A DNA stretch of 64,000 nucleotides from Candidatus Uhrbacteria bacterium (lineage in GTDB: Bacteria > Patescibacteriota > Patescibacteriia > JACPHY01), in the NCBI GenBank assembly GCA_016188355.1, contig JACPHY010000002.1, positions 596-64,595 of the forward strand, in the 5' to 3' direction. Shown piece by piece: positions 1 to 8,655 of the stretch (position 1 is its first letter; each line of letters opens with the position of its first letter). The notes beneath the pieces were generated by a model, which searched no databases, was not told the origin of the DNA, and was given only the letters and a program-made list of their open reading frames with translations. A program made the position numbers and the translations under genes.

Positions 1-41
1 CGCCACTACGTCTCCACAGCCAACAATCCCCCTTCCGTAAC

Positions 42-132
42 CGTGTCATTTCGAGCGAAGCGAGAAATCTCACCCGCCACACTCATGGGCCATGGGTGAG
101 ATTTCTCGGCGCAGACTCCTCGAAATGACACG
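42..132. repeat. Nested inverted-repeat (MITE/REP-like palindromic) element
   Basis: Outer arms CGTGTCATTTCGAG (42-55) / CTCGAAATGACACG (119-132); inner arms GAGAAATCTCACCC (62-75) / GGGTGAGATTTCTC (94-107). A degenerate right half recurs at about 5409-5444. Confidence 0.75.
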
Positions 133-157
133 AAAAATCGCAAACGCAATACATGCC

Positions 158-1156
158 TCATCTTCCCACCGCCTTTGCCAATGCAATCCATTGTGCGAGG
201 GTGAGGGTTTCCGGACGTGCAGTCGGATCAATCCCCACACCCACGCAGATCGCATCCGCTTCCGAGCGGTCGCAAGCGGCAATGGTCCGTATGGAGGTGC
301 CGATCTGCTTCCGTCGTCCCGCAAACGCCATGTGGACAAATCGAAGAAACTGATCCCGGGAGAGCGGCTGCAGGAGGTCGGCCAACGCCTCGGGAGATCG
401 TATCTCGGTGAACTGCACGACCGCGCCCTCCACCTTCGGGGGTGGCCAAAAGTGCGACGCCGGCACCCGCACCACGCGGCGCGCGGTAGCATGGAGTTGC
501 GTGAGTACGGTCAAAAATCCCACCGATCCGTCAGCGCCCACCAAACGATCCACCACCTCTTTCTGGAGCAGGAGCACGATGCGTTCCGGCGGAGGGATCG
601 CGCCTGCCGCGATCTGATCGAACAGCACCCGCAAAAAATCACTGGTGATCTGATACGGAAGATTCGCGGCCAGTTTCCAGGAATGCTGGGACGATGGACT
701 CCCGAGGCGGCCATGTAAGGCCGCTACTACGTCCGAAGGATATGTTGCTAGACGTAGAGGCGGGGCTACGTCCCCGCCCTCCGGGGCGATGCCACCGTGC
801 ACCGATTCGAGCGGCCAGAGAGAACCGCGTTCACGTCCGGAGAGTACCCGCAACGCATCACCTGCTACAATTTCCACCCACCCAAACGGAGCAACGATTT
901 CCTGGAGCACCGGAATCACCTGGCGATCCATCTCAATGGCAATGAGACGACCGACGCGAGGAGCAAGCGCAGTGGTGAGCACCCCAAACCCTGGACCCAC
1001 TTCGAGAATGGTATCTGCCGGCTGGGGATCCACTGTCGTCACGATCTCCGCTAGTGTGCCCGCATGAATCAAAAAATGCTGCCCCAACGACCGCTCGGGC
1101 TTTTTCCCCGCGCGGATGCAGAGTGCTTTGAGGACGGGAGGGGAAAGGAGATTCAT
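158..1156 (-). CDS. rsmA: 16S rRNA m6,2A dimethyltransferase RsmA/KsgA, with an in-frame REP-derived insertion
   Basis: Motifs LGQHFL, LEVGPGFG, IEMD, GDAL, ANLPYQI, LQKEV, FWPPPKV, AFAGRRK, RPETL. Start taken at MNLLS (1156) because the longer ORF runs through REPs. Confidence 0.93.
   Translation of the reverse strand: MNLLSPPVLKALCIRAGKKPERSLGQHFLIHAGTLAEIVTTVDPQPADTILEVGPGFGVLTTALAPRVGRLIAIEMDRQVIPVLQEIVAPFGWVEIVAGDALRVLSGRERGSLWPLESVHGGIAPEGGDVAPPLRLATYPSDVVAALHGRLGSPSSQHSWKLAANLPYQITSDFLRVLFDQIAAGAIPPPERIVLLLQKEVVDRLVGADGSVGFLTVLTQLHATARRVVRVPASHFWPPPKVEGAVVQFTEIRSPEALADLLQPLSRDQFLRFVHMAFAGRRKQIGTSIRTIAACDRSEADAICVGVGIDPTARPETLTLAQWIALAKAVGR
701..779. repeat. REP doublet inside rsmA
   Basis: Degenerate CCGAGGCGG..CCGCTACTACGTC (701-734) and GACGTAGAGGCGGGGCTACGTCCCCGCCC (751-779); same family as the REPs flanking the RAYT. 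Confidence 0.85.
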
Positions 1157-1169
1157 GCGTTCTCTGTTT

Positions 1170-1255
1170 GACGTAGGGGCGGGGTTACATCCCCGCCGCC
1201 CGTACAGTGCACCACCTACACCACCGAGGCGGGGACGTAGCCCCGCCACTACGTC
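1170..1255. repeat. REPIN-like inverted pair of GTAG REP palindromes
   Basis: GACGTAGGGGCGGGGTTACATCCCCGCC (1170-1197) and reverse-oriented GAGGCGGGGACGTAGCCCCGCCACTACGTC (1226-1255). Confidence 0.88.
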
Positions 1256-1329
1256 CGGAATAACCGCTACTCCTCCTCTTCCTTCCCCTCCAGGCGCTCG
1301 TATCGTCCTCCTGCTGCTTTCCAGCGGAG
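1215..1329. repeat. Direct repeat copy of REP plus the last 21 codons of prfB (partner at 1993-2104)
   Basis: 1267-1329 on the minus strand reads LRWKAAGGRYERLEGKEEEE*, identical in protein to the prfB end at 2042-2104. Confidence 0.92.
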
Positions 1330-1331
1330 CA

Positions 1332-1419
1332 GAGACGTGGACGTGGCCCCGCCACTACGTTCGGAATAATCATTACTCCTCTTCCTCCGAGACGTAGGGG
1401 CGGGGTTACATCCCCGCCC
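1332..1419. repeat. REP doublet at the 3' end of the RAYT gene
   Basis: ..GCCCCGCCACTACGTTCGGA (to 1365) and GACGTAGGGGCGGGGTTACATCCCCGCCC (1391-1419); the latter contains the RAYT stop codon. Confidence 0.85.
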
Positions 1420-1915
1420 GGGCAGTACACAGCGCCACCCAATCAAATACGGTCGATCCGCTGTACGGATACAGTTCCGGAGCCGCGCAGATCCCCTTTC
1501 GCACCGGATTCATCCAAATATATCGACAAACTGCTTCAATGTCCTCATCCAAACGAAGGAAATGATCGTAAAAACTCCGCTGCCAAATCTGACCTTGTAT
1601 GCCATGCGACCACGCAATACGCGTGGTGGACTGTTTGATGTCCGAAATGACCTGCATCACTGAATGATCGACATGAGGAGACAGGCAAAAGTGCGCATGA
1701 TCCGGCATGAGTACCCATGCGAATACGGTGATGTGGCGCTGCTCGAAGTATCCGCATAACGCACGATGACATGCGCAGGAAAATGCAGCATTACCGAAAA
1801 TAGGATTTCGATCGCGCACGGCAACTATCACAGAGACCACGGATGCGGGATCCGCATACCGATCGGGAGATAGACGAATATGCTTACGACGGAGGGCGTC
1901 GTTACGCACGTACAT
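1406..1915 (-). mobile_element. REP-associated tyrosine (Y1/HUH) transposase, RAYT/TnpA-REP
   Basis: N-terminal RRKHIRL..Y, HUH motif VLMPDHAH, WQRSFYDH..R, catalytic YIWMNPVRKG, YPYS; flanked by GTAG REP hairpins. Confidence 0.92.
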
Positions 1916-1944
1916 ATAACGTCGTCGCTACCTCTCCTGTACCC

Positions 1945-2036
1945 CGTGGCGTCCACGTAGGGCCGCCGCTACGCCCGGAGATCGATACACCGCCTACACC
2001 ACCGAGGCGGGGACGTAGCCCCGCCACTACGTTCGG
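1945..2036. repeat. Two REP copies upstream of the RAYT
   Basis: Degenerate CGTGGCGTCCACGTAGGGCCGCCGCTACGCCCGGA and intact GAGGCGGGGACGTAGCCCCGCCACTACGTTCGG. Confidence 0.8.
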
Positions 2037-2041
2037 AGCAA

Positions 2042-3185
2042 TCACTCCTCCTCTTCTTTCCCCTCCAGGCGCTCGTATCGTCCTCCTGCTGCTTTCCAGC
2101 GGAGGTAGGCTTCGATGAAGGGATCCAACTCGCCCTCGAGGAGCGCTTCTGGGTTATTGGTTTCGTGACGGGTACGCAAGTCCTTGGCGAGGTGGTACGG
2201 GTGCAGCACGTAGCTTCGAATTTGATTCCCCCAGGCCACTTCGCGGAATTCGCCACGGAGTTTTTGCTTTTCGGCGGTGCGGCGCTCCAATTCGCGCTGT
2301 TCGAGACGCGCATGGAGGACGCGCATGGCGGTTTCCTTATTCTGCTGCTGCGAACGCTCATTCTGGCAGGAAACGGTGATGCCGGTCGGCAGGTGGACGA
2401 CGCGCACGGCCGAGTACGTTGTCTGCACGCCTTGGCCGCCATGACCAGACGCGAGAAACGTATCAATACGGAGGTCCTTGGGATCGATGGCAACCGTTGG
2501 TGCATCGCCGAGGTCCGGGAGCACTTCGACTAACGCAAATGACGTATGCCGCTGATGATCCGCATCAAAAGGCGAGAGGCGCACTAGCCGATGCACGCCC
2601 GCCTCACTGCGGAGGAGTCCGTATGCATGCCGACCGCGCACCTCGACGAGCACGGACTTAATGCCCGCCTCTTCTCCCCGCGATTCATCCACAATGCGTG
2701 CTCGCCACCCCCGGTGCTCGCAGTATCGGAGGAGCATCCGGAGCAGCATGCCCGCCCAATCCTGCGCTTCAGTGCCCCCAGCACCCGCATGCACGGCAAC
2801 AATCGCATCGCGCACATCGTACGGATCACTCAGCAAGGTGTCGATTTCATGTTGCCGAAATCGCGCCTCGAGCGCCGCGTACTGTTGCTCCAATTCCTCC
2901 CGAAAATTCTGCGTCTGATCCGCAACATCGAGCGCGATCAACTCCGCGAGGTCACGCGCCTCATGTTCCAGTCCTCGCCACACCGCCGCCTCCTCGCGCA
3001 ATCCCGCAAGCTCTTGACTTCGCATCCGCGCATTCGCCTGGTCCTTCCAAAATTCCGGCGCACTCACCGCGCGTTCTAATTCCGCAATCTGCGCTTCTTT
3101 GCGATCGAGGTCAAAGCAACCTCCCCGCCGCGGCAATCCGGGCGTGGAGGTCGTCGATTGATTTCTGGAGTTCTGCGATGGTCAT
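2042..3185 (-). CDS. prfB: Peptide chain release factor 2, with programmed +1 frameshift
   Basis: GAGGTEAQDW, EAGVHRLVRLSPF (SPF motif), GGQ, CQNERSQ. Frame 0 MTIAELQKSIDDLHARIAAAGRLL ends at CTT-TGA-C. Confidence 0.97.
3110..3125 (-). promoter_or_regulatory. RF2 autoregulatory +1 ribosomal frameshift signal
   Basis: Minus strand GGGAGG-TTG-CTT-TGA-C: internal SD 3 nt before the slippery CTT TGA C. Confidence 0.95.
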
Positions 3186-3197
3186 ATCAAGCCAGGA

Positions 3198-4472
3198 TCA
3201 TTCGGTCGGAAATTCCCCAAGCTGCACCGTCAGTTTCCGTTCTTTGCCGGCACGAAGGATGGTGAGGGTCACGCGATCTCCTGGCTTCTGTTTCGCGATC
3301 AGCCGTGCGAGGGGGCGGGATTCCGTGATCGGCTCGCCGGCGACCGCAATCACGATGTCGTTCTCCCGGATTCCCGCACGATCGGCTGGGCTACCCGGCA
3401 CGACCGCGATATCCGTTGGCGCATCTCCTCGCACCACGAGCGCACCTGCTTTCACGGGTAGCTTCTGCGCAGTTGCCAATCGATCGGTAATGGCAAGGTA
3501 TCGCACGCCGAGCCAGGGTCGGATTATTTTGCCATCCCGAATCACGCTCTCGACGACCTGTTTTGCAACATTGATGGGAATAGCGAACCCGAGGAGTTGC
3601 CCCTCCTCACTCACGGCGGTATTCACGCCCACGACCTGGCCGTGCAAATTGAGCAGCGGCCCGCCGGAATTACCCGGATTGATCGCGGCGTCCGTTTGAA
3701 TCGCCTCATCGATCACTTCGCTCGACCCTCCCGAATCTCCCGCGATGACCCGACGATTGATGCCGGAGATGACGCCCTTCGTCACCGTATTCCGAAACTC
3801 CGAGAGCGCGTACCCGATCGCAATCACCGTTTCGCCCGTCTGGATGGAATCCGAATCTCCCAGCGCCAACACCGGGAGCGGCCCCTGTTTGGGATCGATA
3901 TCAATCTTGAGCACCGCAAGATCGTTCACCGGATCTTTCGCGAGTACCTTTGCCGAAAATTCCCGATCATCATTGAGAATCACCGCGTATTCGGCGTCCG
4001 TATCACGAACCACGTGTCGATTGGTGAGCACGTACCCATCGGACGTCACGAGGAAACCAGATCCGCCGCCCACCTGTCGCTTGCCTTCCGGAGCACCCGG
4101 AAATTGCGGCATGGGTACCGGCGGCGCAAACGGAATACCAAATCGGAAAAAATCATCAAACTCAAAGGCATTCCCCCGCGGGATATTTTTTAGGTCTTTC
4201 CGCACCACAATACTCACGACCGCAGGCGACGCGCTCCGCACGACCGCAATCGTTGCGGATTCCTCATCCAGTGCAGCGGGCACCGCTGGCGCATCCCGAG
4301 ACACGGCCGGCGCATTCGTCAGACGGTTGAGCGATGGGATCGTCTGCGCGAGACCCGCGAGCTGTCCCGTGGACACCAACACGCCGCCCGCAATACCCGA
4401 TATACCGCCCACCAGTAGACCAATAATCCCCGCCACGATCAGAACTTGTTTATCACGAAAGGAAGTGTCCAT
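3198..4472 (-). CDS. htrA: HtrA/DegP-family serine protease (N-terminal TM, trypsin domain, PDZ)
   Basis: GGGSGF, LTNRHVV, DLAVLKI, IQTDAAINPGNSGGPL; C-terminal PDZ (GSPA..AGI). Confidence 0.93.
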   Translation of the reverse strand: MDTSFRDKQVLIVAGIIGLLVGGISGIAGGVLVSTGQLAGLAQTIPSLNRLTNAPAVSRDAPAVPAALDEESATIAVVRSASPAVVSIVVRKDLKNIPRGNAFEFDDFFRFGIPFAPPVPMPQFPGAPEGKRQVGGGSGFLVTSDGYVLTNRHVVRDTDAEYAVILNDDREFSAKVLAKDPVNDLAVLKIDIDPKQGPLPVLALGDSDSIQTGETVIAIGYALSEFRNTVTKGVISGINRRVIAGDSGGSSEVIDEAIQTDAAINPGNSGGPLLNLHGQVVGVNTAVSEEGQLLGFAIPINVAKQVVESVIRDGKIIRPWLGVRYLAITDRLATAQKLPVKAGALVVRGDAPTDIAVVPGSPADRAGIRENDIVIAVAGEPITESRPLARLIAKQKPGDRVTLTILRAGKERKLTVQLGEFPTE

Positions 4473-4780
4473 ACATTACCCATAATATACCATCCCCGCA
4501 CTGCCACGCCCTCACTCCGGAGGAGCGATCGCTTGCGGATCCGACCTCCTGGACCAGAGTATCCGCCGATCGCTCCATCACTCCGGATGACGCGGTGGCA
4601 CGGGACGACCACCGGACGCGGATTCCGTCCGCAGGATTGCGCCACCGCCCGCGCCGCACGGGGCGCGCCCACGGCACGCGCAACGCCCGCGTACGTCATC
4701 ACCCGGCCACGCGGAATGCGCGCCAGCACCGCCCAAACACGGCGGTCGAAGGCGGAGGGCACCGCGCGTCGCTCACGCAT
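4439..4780 (-). CDS. Single-domain methylated-DNA-protein-cysteine methyltransferase (MGMT/Ogt family)
   Basis: IPRGRVMTY, ARAVA, NP..VPCHRV with active-site Cys; ATG overlaps the nrdR stop. Confidence 0.88.
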   Translation of the reverse strand: MRERRAVPSAFDRRVWAVLARIPRGRVMTYAGVARAVGAPRAARAVAQSCGRNPRPVVVPCHRVIRSDGAIGGYSGPGGRIRKRSLLRSEGVAVRGWYIMGNVWTLPFVINKF

Positions 4781-5270
4781 CCGCCGCGCGTCGCCGCGCG
4801 GTGCGGGTGCGGGGAGATTTCCGGCGCTCGAGCGCATCGAGGACCTCTCGAAAACTCCGAAGGTCATTGAAGGATTCATACACGGAGGCAAATCGCACGT
4901 ATGCCACCTCATCCGCTTTCCGCAGATGGCGGAGCACGAGGTCACCGATCTCCGTGGAGCGCACCTCCGGCTTCCGAAGGAGTTGAATATCGCGTTCGAT
5001 TGCCGCAACGGTCCGCTGGAGCTCCTCCGAGGTAATGGGACGCCGCTCGAATGCCTTCCGTAGTCCGGCAACGAGCTTCTCACGACCATACGGCTCACGA
5101 CGACCATCCCGTTTGATCACGGTCAACTCCAAAATCGCCGGCTCCTCCATGGTGGAAAACCGAAACGCACACCGAATGCACTCCCGCCGACGGCGAATAA
5201 TCATACCATCGCTCGACATGCGGGTATCCGTCACCTTTGTATCTTCGTGATGACATTTAGGGCAATTCAT
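4773..5270 (-). CDS. nrdR: Transcriptional repressor NrdR
   Basis: MNCPKC, IRRRRECIRC.FRFST.E, ATP-cone, AYVRFASVY. Confidence 0.96.
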   Translation of the reverse strand: MNCPKCHHEDTKVTDTRMSSDGMIIRRRRECIRCAFRFSTMEEPAILELTVIKRDGRREPYGREKLVAGLRKAFERRPITSEELQRTVAAIERDIQLLRKPEVRSTEIGDLVLRHLRKADEVAYVRFASVYESFNDLRSFREVLDALERRKSPRTRTARRRAADA

Positions 5271-5320
5271 ACAGCGCAGGCAAACCTCCCCCACTTCGCC
5301 ACGGCTTCGCGGGACAAGTA

Positions 5321-5386
5321 CCACCTACACCGCCGAGGCGGGGACGTAGCCCCGCCGCTACGTCCGGAATAATTACTCATCCTCTT
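5321..5386. repeat. Distal REP copy with the same flanks as 1213-1280
   Basis: CCACCTACACCGCCGAGGCGGGGACGTAGCCCCGCCGCTACGTCCGGAATAATTACTCATCCTCTT. Confidence 0.87.
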
Positions 5387-5580
5387 GCAATGACAACGAG
5401 GGATGGTGGAGATCTCTCATCGCCCAGCGCTCCTCGAGACGACACAAGGGTCGGCCTGTCTTCTTCCCCGAGCACGTCCTCAGCTGCGCTCTGATTCATG
5501 CGCACGAATCAAAAACGGATGGCCGCACAGGTAATCCATGATCGAAAGAGTACCGCATTTCTCGCGCATCCTCAATCATA

Positions 5581-5613
5581 CAAGAAAGAGAGGCCTCACA
5601 CCTCTCTTTCTTG
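5581..5613. terminator. Hairpin downstream of ftsZ, probable terminator
   Basis: CAAGAAAGAGAGG-7 nt-CCTCTCTTTCTTG perfect 13-bp stem. Confidence 0.6.
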
Positions 5614-5660
5614 CTTGTTTCCGGAATGTGGGAAGACTGCATCCGAGGTCATCGATTCAC

Positions 5661-6896
5661 TTACCCGAGCTTCCGCCGAATGAATGCGGGGATCTCGAGA
5701 TCATCATTGACCGCGGGAGTCGCGGCGACTGGCTCTGGTTCTTCCTCGAGAAAATCATCACCGTATGCACGAGGTATTTCGCGTACTGTCGCAGCTGTGG
5801 TCGCGGGAGCGGGGCTGGCGCGTTCTGGCGCCTTTCCCGTAGCCGCCGGTTCCTCGTTTTTCCCAAAATACTTCGGCGGGCGGTACGGGGGTTGCCGCTC
5901 GAGGAACGCGACGTCTGGCTTGGCAATCGGCTTCCCGGGAGCAGGAGGATCGAAACCGGTCGCCACCACCGTCACCCGGAGCTCCTCCTTGAGACTTTCA
6001 TCAATAATCGTCCCGAAAATAATCTTCGCATTCGGGTCCGCGGATCCGGTGATAATCTTCGCCGCTTCATTCACCTCATGCATGGTGAGATTCGGTCCAC
6101 CCGCCACCGTGAAGAGAATGCCGCGCGCACCTTCGATAGAAATTTCGAGGAGCGGACTCGATACTGCCGCACGCGCTGCCTCAACTGCACGATTTTCTCC
6201 CGACGCGGCGCCAATGCCCATGAGCGCGGATCCGGCGTCCCGCATGATCGCCTTCACATCGGCAAAGTCGACGTTGATGAGTCCTGGGGTCGTGATGAGC
6301 TCCGCAATGCCGCGCACGCCCTGCTTCAAAATGTCGTCGACGATCTCGAACGCGTCGAGGAGCGTCGTCTTTTTGTCGATAATCGAAAGGATGCGATCAT
6401 TGGGAATCGTAATCAATGCGTCCACGCGACTCCGCAAGTCTTCATGAGCGCGCTCCGCGATGGAACTGCGCTGTGCGCCCTCAAAACTAAACGGCTTCGT
6501 CACCACGCCAATGGTGAGGCAGCCGAGCTCTCGCGCAATTTCCGCAATCGGCGGCCCCGCTCCCGACCCTGTTCCCCCGCCCAATCCGCACGTCACAAAC
6601 ACCATGTCGGTGCCCTTGAGCGCCTCGCGAATTTCGTTCTGGCTCTCCTCTGCCGCTTTCTTCCCGACCTCGGGATCCATACCCGCACCCAGTCCTCGGG
6701 TGATCGCCTTCCCCAGGTGCACCTTCATGGGCGCGAGACTCTGATGCAGCGCCTGAATATCTGTATTCGCGGCAATAAACTCCACGCCGTGGAGCTTCGC
6801 ACGAATCATGCGGTTGAGCGCGGAGCCTCCGCTGCCGCCAACCCCGATCACCTTAATCTTCGCAAAGGTATCAATTTTTGGCTTCACTTCGCCCAT
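5661..6896 (-). CDS. ftsZ: Cell division protein FtsZ
   Basis: IKVIGVGG, GLGAG, GGGTGSG, INVDFAD, C-terminal DLEIPAFIR. Confidence 0.98.
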   Translation of the reverse strand: MGEVKPKIDTFAKIKVIGVGGSGGSALNRMIRAKLHGVEFIAANTDIQALHQSLAPMKVHLGKAITRGLGAGMDPEVGKKAAEESQNEIREALKGTDMVFVTCGLGGGTGSGAGPPIAEIARELGCLTIGVVTKPFSFEGAQRSSIAERAHEDLRSRVDALITIPNDRILSIIDKKTTLLDAFEIVDDILKQGVRGIAELITTPGLINVDFADVKAIMRDAGSALMGIGAASGENRAVEAARAAVSSPLLEISIEGARGILFTVAGGPNLTMHEVNEAAKIITGSADPNAKIIFGTIIDESLKEELRVTVVATGFDPPAPGKPIAKPDVAFLERQPPYRPPKYFGKNEEPAATGKAPERASPAPATTAATVREIPRAYGDDFLEEEPEPVAATPAVNDDLEIPAFIRRKLG

Positions 6897-6943
6897 ATTG
6901 AGGGCAACGAGGCCGGTGCTCCGCTGCGCTATTTTCTCTTACT

Positions 6944-6972
6944 AGGCTATCGCGACCACCCGACACCGTCAA
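6944..6972 (-). promoter_or_regulatory. Putative sigma70 promoter for ftsZ
   Basis: Minus strand TTGACG-17 nt-TAGCCT. Confidence 0.5.
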
Positions 6973-6978
6973 ACAAAT

Positions 6979-8229
6979 CTACGAGAACACACTACGCACC
7001 ATGCTCCGCGTCCGATCCATAATGGTGTTCAATGGCTGGAACATGCGTTTCGTGAATGGCCGTCGCGCCGTGCCCCGACCATCCGCTGCGGCACCCCACA
7101 GCACGAGTCCCACCGCGGTAGAAAATGTCGGATCCAACGCCCGCTCCACCACACTATCAATGTTCTCCGGTTTGCCCAGCGCCACGGGAAGCCGCAGTTT
7201 TCGCTTCGCCACCTCGGCAATGCCCGGCAGCTTCGCCCCTCCGCCTACCAAAATTGCTCCCGCCGGCAACGAGCCACTGCGCCCCGCGAGTGAAAGCTCC
7301 CGATCAATACGCTCGCACAATTCCTCCGTACGTGCCTCGATAATTTCTGCGATGTATTTCCGAGAAATGGGCTCGGCATCGGTCCCGAGAATCGCCCCCA
7401 GATCGACATCCTCCTGTTTCTTGATGTCTCGCGGCAATGCGGATCCGATGGCAATTTTGAGCTGCTCCGCCTGATCCAACGCCACCCGCAAACCAATCGC
7501 GATATCGGAGGTCACATGCTCTGCACCAATCGGAATCACGGCAAGATGCACCACGTCGCCCTCTTCTTCCACCACCAGCGACGTCATCGTCGCGCCAATA
7601 TTCACCACGGCGACACCCAATTCCCGCTGTCGGGCAGTGGTGACCGCCTCCGCGGTGGCGAGAATACCCAAAACGAGATCATCTACTTCCAATCCGGACT
7701 GAAAAATCGACTTCGTGAGATTCCGAATGTGCGAGGAGAGCGCCTGGATGATCTGCGCATCCACCTCGAGCCGTGCGCCGGTCATCCCGACCGGATCGCG
7801 GATACCATCCTGATGATCCAATGCGTAGGCGCGAGGAATGATATGCAGCACTTCAAAATTCGGTGGCGTTGCCCCCGCACGCGCTGCTTCCAACGCGCGC
7901 TCCACGTCCCCTTCTTGCACCTCGCCGTCCGTCCGAGCAACGGCGACCACACCCCGCGATGCGCGCGTGGTCACGAATGGACCACTCACGCTCACCCATG
8001 CGGAACGAATGTCCCCGCCGATCATGCGCTCCAGTTGTTCCGATGCCGACGCGATGCTCGCCACCGCATCCTCCATGCTCGTGATCGTGCCACGCCGAAC
8101 GCCCGCGGAGGGCACTTCTGCCACCCCGACAATACGGAGGGAACGTGGACCATCCACGCGCTCACCGGCAGCAAGCCGGATCGCACGAGATCCCACATCA
8201 ATTCCACAGAGGATCGCACGACCGCCCAT
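6979..8229 (-). CDS. ftsA: Cell division protein FtsA
   Basis: GIDVGS, SAGVRRG, PVGMTG.RLE, VTSDIA, IIEAR.EE, LVGGGAKLPG; adjacent to ftsZ. Confidence 0.96.
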   Translation of the reverse strand: MGGRAILCGIDVGSRAIRLAAGERVDGPRSLRIVGVAEVPSAGVRRGTITSMEDAVASIASASEQLERMIGGDIRSAWVSVSGPFVTTRASRGVVAVARTDGEVQEGDVERALEAARAGATPPNFEVLHIIPRAYALDHQDGIRDPVGMTGARLEVDAQIIQALSSHIRNLTKSIFQSGLEVDDLVLGILATAEAVTTARQRELGVAVVNIGATMTSLVVEEEGDVVHLAVIPIGAEHVTSDIAIGLRVALDQAEQLKIAIGSALPRDIKKQEDVDLGAILGTDAEPISRKYIAEIIEARTEELCERIDRELSLAGRSGSLPAGAILVGGGAKLPGIAEVAKRKLRLPVALGKPENIDSVVERALDPTFSTAVGLVLWGAAADGRGTARRPFTKRMFQPLNTIMDRTRSMVRSVFS

Positions 8230-8232
8230 AGT

Positions 8233-8646
8233 TCATGAAGTACCCACCAGAGCGCCGCCGCTCCACCATTGCGCACCGCGCACCATATACGCCCAGCAAT
8301 ACGGGAGCAGAATCACCCCACCAATCAATGCCGCACCCAGCGAAGCGACCAGCACCGCCGCTGCCATCATGTCCTTGATTTCCCGCACATACCCATGGAG
8401 TCGCGGCTGTACCAAATCCAATAGTCGCTCCACAGCGCTATTTATACATTCTAACACGAGCACCGCGGTTGCGACGAGCGCCAGAACCAAAACTTCGCCC
8501 ACCCGAATCCGAAAGAGCATTGCCAATACACCCACCGCACCCGCTACGCTGAGCTGAATACGAAAATTCTGTTCAGAACGGGCAACCAGAAGCAAGCCAC
8601 GCCAGGCAAATCGGAGACTTTGCAGGAATTGCCGGAGGGAGAGCAC
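8233..8646 (-). CDS. dgkA: Diacylglycerol/undecaprenol kinase (DgkA family)
   Basis: FAWRGL, EQNFRIQ, E..NSAVE, KDM.AAAV; next to ybeY. Confidence 0.9.
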   Translation of the reverse strand: MLSLRQFLQSLRFAWRGLLLVARSEQNFRIQLSVAGAVGVLAMLFRIRVGEVLVLALVATAVLVLECINSAVERLLDLVQPRLHGYVREIKDMMAAAVLVASLGAALIGGVILLPYCWAYMVRGAQWWSGGALVGTS

Positions 8647-8655
8647 AAGGTTCGC

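Noticed and set aside
1157-1249. N-terminal extension of the rsmA ORF
   Set aside because: It is translated REP sequence; RsmA homology begins near MNLLS
700-2040. CRISPR array interpretation of the recurring ~30-bp palindromes
   Set aside because: Copies alternate in orientation, spacing is irregular, there are no cas genes, and the GTAG ends plus adjacent RAYT identify them as REPs
4781-5107. Long N-terminus on the MGMT ORF, suggesting an NrdR-MGMT fusion
   Set aside because: Different frame from nrdR; the ATG at 4780 overlapping the nrdR stop fits translational coupling
5538-7022. 494-aa plus-strand ORF
   Set aside because: Antisense shadow of ftsZ in GC-rich DNA, with no motifs
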